A DNA stretch of 64,000 nt from Gnetum montanum. Its lineage: Eukaryota > Plantae > Gnetophyta. The position numbers and the translations under genes are program-made. The notes under the pieces were generated by a model. The model saw only the letters and a list, made by a program, of their open reading frames with translations. It did no database searches and was not told the DNA's origin. Positions 26,613 to 37,299 of this stretch are shown here, piece by piece. The DNA is taken from the NCBI GenBank assembly GCA_015680685.1, contig MNCI01000556.1, positions 1,127,931 to 1,191,930 on the forward strand, read 5' to 3'. Numbering within the stretch: position 1 is the first letter of the stretch; every line of letters begins with the position of its first letter.

Positions 26613-27810
26613 CGAGTCATATAGGCTTAGTAAAGTATTTCTCTATTTAAGTGCTTGCGTGACCTATGTTAGGGCTGTTGCTAAATCTTTACTATTAGGT
26701 GTATGTTTGTTAATGGTTACTTGGTCCATCGGGCCTAGCATTTTTATCTCATGTGTAGCTAGTTTGACGTTTTCTTCCGTGACTGTTGATTTAGATGCAT
26801 CATGTATTCCTGATGATTCTCCCTTATAGCTTGTATTCGATTAGTTAGTAGGTGATGCCATGGGTACTACACTTAATGGAGTAGGCTTGGGGGGTCCTAA
26901 GGAAAGCTGTTAACATTCTTTCTCCATTCATTCCCATGTGATCTTGTCTGCTAGGCATTTCCACATGTGGCGCAGGGGAACAGTTGGTTTCTGAATATCT
27001 GGTTGCTTTGGAACTCGTACAACGTATGGAGTAGGACGAGGTTGCGATTGGACAGTCGAAGGTGGTTGAGTGTCAGGCTGCCTGGGCACCCTAACGAAAT
27101 ATGGGGTCAGTTTATTCTGTGTTTTTGGAGTGGGAGGTTGGTGGATAAGTTATCTGATGGAGGAAAAAAAAGGAAGGGTCTGGATTCCCAAGTAGTCAGG
27201 CTAGTCTGAGAAGCCACCTCAAAACACCATGATGCCTCACCTCCTAGTGAATGCATTCTTGAACAATGCTATCGTAGCAAGTAACATGCAAAACATAACA
27301 GAGAACAAAAAGTAAAAGCAATCATCCTAATCACTAAGGAGTCTATTGAAACAAGTGTTTTCTAAAGCAAAAAGGAGAGCGCAAGCCATAGAGAAGGGAC
27401 CGTAGTAAGAAGCAAGGGTCCCTTTGTTGATGCCACGGTTTAGGAAGTCACTATCGACAGCCAGATTCATCTTACCCAATTGACTTGGCAAAGAACCAGT
27501 CAGATGAATCTGCTAAGCAGAATCTGGTGGCAACAATGGGTGGAGGTAGCCAAGGCTATGGATGACCATAGTTTCCTTGGGGCCCCCAATGGTGAAATTA
27601 ACCCCAGGAGTTGCAACTATAGATTTTTTGTCGTAGCAACATCTTCAAGGGGTCAGTAGTATGCCTTTTGGCATATCCGAGGAATCAGTAGGATGCCAGT
27701 AGGATACCTGTGTTACGTCTATTCTAACATGCTACTCGTTCCATCTGGTAGGGATGCTATGCAAGAATGATCATGCTCACTTGCTTCATGGATTGTTTGT
27801 TGAAAAATTC

Positions 27811-28202
27811 CAGTTTTAAATCCTGGTGGACTATTGTTGCTAGTTTTAAGTCTCAGTGGACCATGGTCCCGATTTAAAGTCTGGGTAGACTGAAGTGTGC
27901 TAGTTTTACATCGTAGCGGATGGCGGAAGAGCTGGTTTCTAGTCCCAGCAAACCATGTTGTGGGTGTCAATTTTGTGTCATGACCAAGGGACAAGTCTGT
28001 GTTGGTTTAACGTCTCAGTAGATGGATGCTTACCTTGCCAATTTCACGTCATGGCGGATGGTCAAAAACTTTGCCAGTTTAGCATTATGGCAGATGCATG
28101 TAATAAATGTTAGTTTTACATCGTAGCAGACATGCACAACACTACCAGTTTTACGTCATAGCAGAAATGTACAACTCTACCATTTTTACGTCATAGCGGA
28201 CG
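27811..28202 (-). repeat. Hairpin motif array downstream of integrase stop (copy C)
   Basis: About 12 units, including AGTC-TGGGTA-GACT, CATC-GTAGCG-GATG, TGTC-N10-GACA and CGTC-ATAGCG-GACG, each preceded by a YAGTTT-like motif. Confidence 0.82.
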
Positions 28203-28234
28203 TTTATTACTTTGCATTTGAGCTGAGCCGATGT

Positions 28235-31200
28235 CTAGATGTGGCACCGCTTCAAGTACATGTGATTCACTAGGTTTGGAAGTCTGTTACCGTTGATGTC
28301 TACTAGCTTGAATGCTCCGTTGCCATATGTGTTGACGACCAGGAAAGGGCCTTCCCAGCTTGCAGAGAATTCGCTCACTAGTTCATGAATAGCATTGAGA
28401 ACTAAGTCTCCTTTCTTGATTGGTCACTGATGCAAGTTGTGATGATGCTTCTATTTCTACCTTTCTTGATATCTTTCGATGTTGTTGAGCATCTGGATTC
28501 TCCTCTACTAAGTCTAAATCCATGATCCTAGACTTGTTTTGTTGAGTCTCATTTATAATCGTGGAGAGGACCGTCTGCAATGAGGGAACCTATAGTTCCA
28601 AGGGAAACACTGCTTCAGATCCGTAGACTAGGCTGTAGGGTGTCCTACTGGTAGCTATTCTACATCTCGTACGATAGGCCCATAGCACATAGAGGATTTT
28701 TTCATGCCATCATTTTTTTGCTGCTAAGCATCTTTTTCAGTAAATTGATGACCACCTTGTTTGTTGCCTCTACTTGACTATTTTCTTGTGGGTAATAGGG
28801 TGAGGAAAGATAGCTTGATACCAAGTTTACTGCAGAAAGATTTGGTTTCGGTACTACTAAATTGTGGCCCATTGTTGGTCATAATAGTCATGGGAAGTCC
28901 AAACCTAGTTACTATATTATCCAAGATAAAATGGCAAACCTGTTGAGATATAATCTTTCATAGGGGAATAGCCTCAACCCACTTTATGAAATACTCGGTG
29001 GCAGTGATAATGAAGCTATGTCCTGCAGAAGACTTAGGCATGATGGGACCTATGATGTCTAGTCCCCATCGTTGGAATGACCAAGTGATCTATGTAGTAT
29101 GCAATTTAGTTGGTGGCACATATATTAGATTTACATAACTCTAGCATGTGTCACATGTTTTAACCTTGTTAAGGCAATCTCATTCCATGTAAGGCTAGTA
29201 ATACCCCAAGCGTCTGATTTTAGCGGCCATGGCTCACGGGGCTATGTGTCCTTCACATAGTCCTTCATGGACTTCGCTAACTATTCTTTGCGCTATGTCA
29301 TTATTAACGCAGGTTAGCAATAGCCCATCAAAAGAGCATCTACAGAGAGTACCGTCTCTGATGATGATGTATTACCTGGCATGCTTGTGGATTGCATCTT
29401 TTTGTGATGGTTCACCATGCATAAGGTAGGCTTTAATGTTATCATACCATTATGGTGTTCCCCCCATGCTTAGAGGAGAGATTTGCTCTTCTTAAATGAC
29501 AGGATTTGTACATTCCATCATTAAAGAGGGCCAGGTGGCAAACAAATGTGGTGGCACATTTAGAGCTAGTGTGGCTAGTGCATCGACTACAGTGTTCTCA
29601 TTACGCGACACATGTTATATGTTAGTTGTCATGAATTGTCTCAGGAGATCTTTAGCCATATCATAGTAGGGCTGTAGATGTACAGCTTTGTAGGCATAGA
29701 CCCCTATGATTTGATTAATGATGAGCATCGAATCACCTCAGATTGCCAAGTGTTGAACGTTGAGTTCCCTTGCTATTAACAATCCCCTGAGAAGCCCCTC
29801 ATACTCTACCATACTGTTCATACAAGAAAATTCTAAGCGGTAAGCCAATGGATGAATATCTTCAGGGGAGAACGTAATGACAGTAGTAGCACTGCTACCT
29901 CTGGTAGTTGAAGCTCCATCGAAGTATAATGTCGCTTCGAGGCCTATTGATACAGGGCTTAAACTATGTACATGTTCATCACGAAACTCGGGCTCTATTG
30001 TAGCTAGATCGTTAACAGGTGATGTTACAAGCTAGTTAGCTATGGCCTGGCCTTTCGTGGATGATTGGCCAACGTAGTTCAAGTCAAATTCTGCTATGAT
30101 GGCCTTCCAGCAGGCTATCTGATTACTCTTGTATAAATTATTTGTGATAGCTTGCAGAATGTTGTTCTTGCAAATTATGTTGACTTGGCTATGGAAAAGA
30201 TAGTGTCTACATTTTTTTAGTGCAAAAGAAAATGCCAAACAGTTATTCTCTACTTCATTGTATCTTGTTTCGTATGCAAATAGAGCATGACTTAGATAAT
30301 AGATAGGGATTTTTGACCCGTCGTCCCTTCTTTGGCACAACAACGTAGCTATAGATACATTTGAGCTTGCCAGGTAGATGTAGAAAGGCTTATCCCTTTG
30401 TGGTGGGAAAATCATTGGCAAATGTAACAACTCTTTCTTTAGGTCATCAAACGCATGCTGCTAGTCTTTGGTCCATTCAAAGTTAACCCCTTGCTTGAGC
30501 AGATGCTGCATAGGATGTAATTTTTTTGTTAACCTCGAGATGAACCACCTGATAAATTGAAACCTACCTTGCAATCCACGTAGTTCTTTGAGGTTTGTTG
30601 GTGGGCTTGGTTAACGATGGCTTCAAGCTTGTCAGGGTCAACTCGGATGCCAGTCTCCAATATCACAAACCCCAACATGCACCTAGTTTTGACTCCAAAT
30701 ATGCATTTTCTTGTGTTGAGTCATAGGTCATGCCTGAGAAATCATTTAAGGATTAACTCTAGGTCTTCTGGGGGATCTTCCGACTTCTTAGAATTGATAG
30801 CTATGTTGTCTACGTAGTCATTCAATATCTCTAAGAGGTAATCTCTAAAGATATTTGTCATGGCACTTTGATAAGTTGCTCCAGTGTTTTTTAACCCAAA
30901 AGGTATCATGGTGTAATAGAAAGTTCCCCAGGGGATCATGAAAGTCGTAGTCAGTTGGTGTTCTGGATTGATACAAATTTGATTATAGCCTGAAAACTCA
31001 TCCATAAAGGATAGTAACACGTGGCCAACTATTGTATCGATAAGTTGGTTGATACTCAGCAACGGGAAGTTGTCTTTAATTTTTTCCTTCTTTAGATCAC
31101 GAAAATCTATACAGATGCGTATTCTTTCCATTTTCTTGGAGAAAACTATGATGTTTAACATCCAATCTGAATAATCGACCGTGGGAATGAAAATAGCTTG

Positions 31201-31672
31201 ATACAGCTTAGTGATTTCATGATGCATTGCCAGCACGATTTCAGGCTTAATCTTCCATGATTTCTATTTAAATGCTTTGATATGTGGGTCTAAAAATATG
31301 GTGTTGTATTAGTCTTGGGTCTAAACCCATCATGTCTTCGTATGACCATGTGAATACTGCAACGTTATTTTGGAGCACTCGAAGTATATCACTTTGTGTT
31401 TGTTGGTCAAGGAGGGAACTAACCTTCAGAGTTTTGCTTTCGCCTTTATGTGTAACCACAAAGACCTCAATGAGGGAATCCTCGATCACATCACTAGCCT
31501 CCAAGTCTAGCATTCATGCCAAATGATATGGCTAGTCTAGGGATGCTTCCGAGGCTTCTATGGTTATGTCACAAAGGGAAGCATCAGTTCCTATCAATGC
31601 ATGGTTGAGTTATCTAATAGTTTCCCCATATGGACCTGTTAGGGCTAGGGGTGCAAGTAAAGCTGCATCCAT
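28235..31672 (-). pseudogene. Copy C pol: RT, RH, aRH, integrase
   Basis: CIDFRDL, PWGTFYY..PFGLKN, DYVDNI, FYIYLASS, YFDGAS, GDSMLII, WGLDIIGP, ending YLKRCHI*. Confidence 0.92.
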
Positions 31673-31785
31673 TTGCGAATCAACTTGCAAAAAAGCCAAG
31701 AACAGAAGTTGTTATATTATTTTTTTCTAAGATGTTGAAATGATATAAGGTTTTCTTATTTTAGTGGTACATGTTAAAGAGGTTT

Positions 31786-32012
31786 CCAATTTAAGGTCTT
31801 AGCATACCATCATAATATGCAGAGTTTGTAAGAAAGTAGCAAGCCCAGTTTCCTAGATGTTAGCGTAAGACTTCTGTGAACTATGATGAAAGGTGTAACA
31901 TGGCACATCTAGCATGTTGAAATAGCTAATTTAGAATTTTATGCAGACCATAGTTAATGCGACCGGATTACAAGACGATAAGCTATGCATTAGTTTAGGG
32001 TCTTTTTGGACC
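31786..32012 (-). repeat. Degenerate hairpin motif array upstream of pol (copy C)
   Basis: CAATTTAA-GGTC-TTAGCA-TACC at 31786 and TAGTTTAG-GGTC-TTTTTG-GACC at 31991, with weaker units between. Confidence 0.6.
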
Positions 32013-32265
32013 GCAATCCATGCGATATCTACGAGACTAATGTTGTGATCTTCATGCTTCATGTCGCACTAACATACCTACATTTCAGGAAAGTTTTGCA
32101 TTGATCGGACATGAAAAAAGTTAGTTTCAACCACTACATTTATAAGTCAATGGTTCGTCCTCAAAGTAGATTGTAAACATTGCAAATTTGTATTCGGTTA
32201 TAGGAGAAGGAAAACAGAAGGAAGGCGTAAGCACACGACTTTGCGAAGGTTGTTCAGTCGTAACC

Positions 32266-35200
32266 ATGGCGCCGAAGACCAAAGGCAAACCTGCCAAATT
32301 GGAGAAGATTGATGAAGTGCAGGAGATTTTGCAATGAGTTTCAAAGGTTAGGGTTGAAACTCAAGAGGCTACTACACTCGCCCGGTAGATCACCTTTTAC
32401 CCTCCTACATGATTGTTATTTTCATTGTTATGGCATCGTAATTGTATTTGTTTCGAAGATGTGTATTCTGTTGGGTGTTGATACCTAGTTTCGCAAGCTA
32501 AGCTATTGTAGTTTGTAATATTACCCTTATCACTGTTGTCAAAGATAGACCTTGCACTATCACAAGGGTTTGGGTGACCTTGGGCAATACTGTGCAAACA
32601 CAATGCATAATTGGAGGTGTCCAGGTATTGTACCCTTATGTAGTGTAAATAGGATTCTGTTGTCTTGCCAGTAATGGTTGCATGTTACGTTAGGGTAATA
32701 TGCGGTGTTACTTTTATTGCTGTTGTCAGGGACATACCTTATGTCGTCACAAGGGTTTGAGCGGTTTTGGTAATGCCTTTCTAGCGTAACCTACAATTTT
32801 CTAAGAGTCAAGGTAACAGAAACTCTAGTGTTGCGTAATGGATTTTTTATGAGCCTTTTTCTTATTTGTTTTGCTCTTAAATCGTTAGTATGTCTACATT
32901 TCTTTTCCTAATGGTAGTGCATTTTATTATAAAGGATTACTCTAAAGCCCATCCTGATCATCTTGGACATTGTGGGCGTTCTTTGCTATTTATATGTTCC
33001 TGTGGCCAATGTTCCTCCTCCTTATGCTCGTGTAAAGAAAGAGGTAGTTTGGTTCCGAAGAGGCACACCGGAGTTTTTGTAGTTTTTGTTGCGTAATTTC
33101 AATGTAATTCTTTGGTATCATCTACTGGCTAAGACAGCCGCTGCCATTCTAGAGATGCTACTGGTTGGATCAACGTAGAGCATCTTGAAATTTTTGATGG
33201 ATGGCTCAATCAAAACCATGTGGGTGCTAGACCATGAATAGAGCACTAAGGGTTTGAGGTGTTTATCTTGGATCTGGGAGATGCCTAGGTTTGACTGTTA
33301 TCATGCCTACAGCACTCTGTTCATGGCTTGTCATCTTACGACCTACTTCTAGAATCCACCTGGTATTGTGTATTATGCAGGTAGGTAAGTGTTTCCACGG
33401 CGTTATGATGTGCTAACCATTTTTTGAATTTGTGTCAAGTATAAACAATTGTCTACATTCTGTGGTGTGGGTTTTTCATCAATGAGGATGGTCTCCAGGG
33501 TGATACAAATATGTTGTGTGTGGTCGAAACGGCCCTAAAGGAGTTCACTTCTATCAGCAATTTACCTGCTGGTGTTATGGGACAACTAGAATTTGAAATC
33601 GCACATTACCCTACTCGCTATGTCAAATTTTTTGCCAAGTGTAAAAGACTCAAATGATTGGATAAGGAGTGGACTTTGGATTTCCGTATCATCATTGTGG
33701 ATGTGCAAGAGATAATCCCACCATTTCCTTCGTCCTTTGGATGCTGTAAATTATCCTATGGTGGTCCATTGTACAATCTTATTACATGGAAACAATGTAT
33801 AAAGTCATTTTATTTTGTTATATTCTCTAAGCCATTGCTTTATATTCACAATTAGGGAATCATGGGAGGTCATGGTTATGGCTTCTGGGCATGAAGTGAG
33901 CAGTATTTTCTTTTGTTATGGTGACATAAAAGAAGCACAATGTTGGATCAGCCATAGTGTGGCCCTAACTATCATAACCAATAACCTCTAGGAAGCTGGA
34001 CTGATGGAGCTATTTTTGGTTGTAACCCCTGATGTCACCACAGAAGAAATGCTAATCCTAGTTAACTCCTTCAGCAAAGAAGCTGAGCATCTTTACATGT
34101 ACGTGCATAATGTGCATGTGAGTTTTGATATTGACGTTCAACTATTCGCTGATTTTTTTGGCGTTCCCTCCGATGGCCCTCCAGTAGAAGAAAATTCAAA
34201 GAGAATTTCTGAGCACCATAAGGAGATAGAAGAGTGGCTAGGGGTTAAAAAGGAAGCGAAAGAAATCCTTGCTGATAAAATCTAGCTGGAGGTGGCTCAT
34301 ACCATTTATCCCCTCTTCTGAGCCCACGCCTTCCCCAAGTTGCTCTCCCAGGGAAGAATCCGTACCATAGAGCAGGCTCGGATCATGCGGGAGGTTATGG
34401 AGGAGGGAACATGGTATAATTGGGCCAGCTACTTCGCTAAAGGCCTGCATGCTGAAATGGTCAAGCTTCATAAGAAGCTTGAGTTCCACTTCAACATGAA
34501 TTTTACCTTCTTTATAGCCTGCTTTCGGCATTTTGCTGAATTCCTGGTGGTTCATAGGGATGAAATCTAGGTGTAGCAAGATCGTAACTAGATTTCCAAA
34601 CCATGGATTTCCCAGGTTTTCAACACCACCTGGTCGCAAAATCCCCCTGAAGGCATTGGGGATTTTTTTTTACTTATGACTAAGGATCTAGCAGCACCTC
34701 TTGCGCAGGGCCAGGACAGCATGGGTGGGGTGCTCCCTTCTTACATCGGTAGTGTGTCAAGGGGGAAATGCTTGGCAGAAGAAATAGTGAGTTCATTAGT
34801 CCAGCAGAAAAAACATTGTTCGGTCATGGAGTCTCTTGGCCTGACTGACGTAGAGGGAAAGAGGCTATGAATTAAATTTCACAAGAATGATCCCCCAACT
34901 AGTATGTTGAGAGATGTGTAATTAGTTTATATATGTATTACACTGCATATAGACATCGTGGTGTCGTGTAGCATTTGTAAATGTTTTTTTTTTGCAGTCA
35001 AAGTGAAAGGCGTGGAGGAGTTGACCTCTGAAACAGGGGCCATAGGTATATGGTGTGAAGAAGGGGCCCCAATTTTGGAAAAGGAGGCCCTTGTTAGTAA
35101 CACAAGTGGCACACAGATTCATGTGCTTGAAGAAGAGATAGAAGTAGGGGACGCCGAGGTCCTTTCAGATGAACCTGGAAAAGAGAAACAGTTTGTCACT

Positions 35201-36766
35201 GGTGAGTCTGAATTTTCCTCAAAGGGAAAACCTCATGTTACTACCTTTGAGGGTTTCGTTGAATTGAGTTTTGCATTATCATAATGTCTCAGTTGTCCTT
35301 TATGTCTACCGTACTATGTCTAGTTCATTTTTTTGTGTAGTAGGCACTTCTGATGATGGCATCGTTCCTTTGTCAGTGCCACCAACTCAACATTGGGGTG
35401 AGACTCCTAATAAATTTGCATTTATGGAAGGCATCGTGAATGATATGATTGGTCGTCTAGAGCAAATCGATCCTAAGATTGGTACATGAGTGTTATAACA
35501 TAGGGGCTGTTGACATTACGACATTGTATTATTTTTGTTGCGTCTAACTGTTATTTTATGTTACAAGATCTCACCTCAGATGGGATTCCAAAGACCCCAT
35601 TAACTTAGACACCACCCTTGAACCCTCGCTGACGCTGACCAAAGTGCCACGCAGCCTTTACAATGAAATGCGTAAATGTGCATTATGCTCAACCTACTCT
35701 TTATGGAAATGTTAGAACATCAATGAAGACCTTTGGAAGAGGTTGCAGAAAGTAGAAAAGGAGAAGATGTTCATAATTGATAGGGTTGAAGACCTGGAGT
35801 CTCGAAAAGAATTTTGGCTGGCTCGAGAGGCCAATGTTGAGAATTGGTGAATAGCTATAATTGACTACGCCTATTATTGGACGGTCGTCAGAAACAACGT
35901 CTAAGCTAGCTGTGAGCTCATTGAGCAATAGATGAAAATGAATCTGCTAGCGCAGAAGAACCAAGACTAGAAGGATTTCAGCCTAAGGGTCCAAGCATGG
36001 GGGTAGGCACAAAAGGATCATAGGCATGTGTATAAGCAAGAATGTTTCACATACTACCAACATTACAGGGATTCTACTCTTGACGCATGGTACCTTCGGC
36101 TATTTCTCGATGTCATCGGTGCTTCTAGAACGTACGAAAAGTTTCAGGAGAAAGTTATAGTAAGCACCTCTCCAAAGAGAGAAATAACCCTCCCTAGCGG
36201 GGAGACCATTATCCATTCCTTCTTCCCTGAATCACCCTGATGAACTCCTGTGGAAAAGAGGAATGTTAAGGTTGGAACTGATCTAGGAGATGGCGTTTAG
36301 TTGAAGCTTACCAAGGACAAGATCATGTAATGATTGTGGGTTATTTTGGAACAAATTCCTTTTGCTGCTAACACGGGACCATCATAGGTGAGTTGTAGGG
36401 CTACTGCATTCTTGATACATGTGGTTTTGGTGGTGATTCTAACATGCGTTTCCTGTGAAATCATCAGATCCACATGGAGAGGATCCTCATGAAGAGGAGC
36501 GTAATGGAGATGATGGTCCTCACGAAGAGGATCTTCATGAGGAGGAGCATAATGGAGATGATGGTCCTCATGAAGAGGGTCTTCATGAGGAGCCCCATAA
36601 AGATGACCAACCTCATGGCAAGAATTCCAATGAGGAAGAGTCTCACAGAGAGGATATCTTCCACAAAGAGACACCACATGAAGAAGGTCCCTATGAGGAT
36701 GATCTTCATGAGGCAGAGGTGGAGTTGAGTGACACAAGTAGAAGTGGTAACAAAGGCAACATGTGA
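32266..36766 (+). pseudogene. Multi-exon antisense accessory gene of copy C (FCP1/NIF-like + PMD-like + coiled-coil-like + acidic tail), decayed
   Basis: AACCATGGC start. Exon 1 32266-32384, intron 32385-32934 splices in frame to the NIF-like exon. ORF pieces at 33930-34600, ~35000-35200, ~35345-35480 and 35570-36387. Last intron 36388-36467, stop 36766. Exons are conserved with copies A and B. Confidence 0.78.
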
Positions 36767-36901
36767 CATGGCTATATTCACCAAAATTTTATTATAATGA
36801 AATGGAATAAGGGACAATTTTCTTCGATCCATGTGATATAATCTACGTGATATAGAGATTTGAGTTTTTTATGAATTGAAACATATTGTTAGAAGGATAT
36901 A

Positions 36902-37205
36902 CATTTTAGGTCACTGTGGGTCATTAGTAGTTTAAAGCCATTTTGAGCTAGGCCATCGTAAGCATAAATGGATAAACAAAATCACTAGTTTTAGGTCATA
37001 GGAGGCCATAAATAGTTTAAGGCCATTTCGGGCTAGGCCATTGTAAGCGTAAACGGATAAACAAAATTGCTAGTTTTAGGCCGTAATGGGTTGCAACTAG
37101 TTTAAGGCCATTTTGGGCCAGGTCATCATAAGCGCAAAGGGGTAAATTACATTTTCCAGTTTTAGGATGTAGAGGGTTGTAAATAGTTTAACGTCATTTC
37201 GGGCC
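36902..37205 (-). repeat. Hairpin motif array downstream of gag-protease (copy C)
   Basis: About 8 TAGTTTWAGGYC-N6-GRCC units arranged in a higher-order ~85-bp repeat. Confidence 0.85.
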
Positions 37206-37299
37206 ATAATGTGTATAAAAAGCGTAATAAGGATAATGCTAAAAGAGAGAGTGTAAATTGCGTAATAGTAAATGACGTGGACTAACGTGAGATGTCACG

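Larger units (their letters stand above)
16269..27150 (-). mobile_element. Tat-like Gypsy element copy B (3' LTR, 3' UTR, pol, spacer, protease/gag part), 5' end missing
   Basis: LTR 16269-17701, PPT 17702-17715, pol 19200-22658, spacer 22670-25643, protease ORF 25644-26612, gag remnants to ~27150. Confidence 0.9.

Noticed and set aside
27462-27512. 11-bp inverted repeat CAGATTCATCT/AGATGAATCTG
   Set aside because: Single occurrence, no TSD or family support, too short for a MITE or miRNA call.
36297-36832. Alternative-frame ORFs (His/Pro-rich, Met-rich)
   Set aside because: Shadows of the acidic repeat exon.
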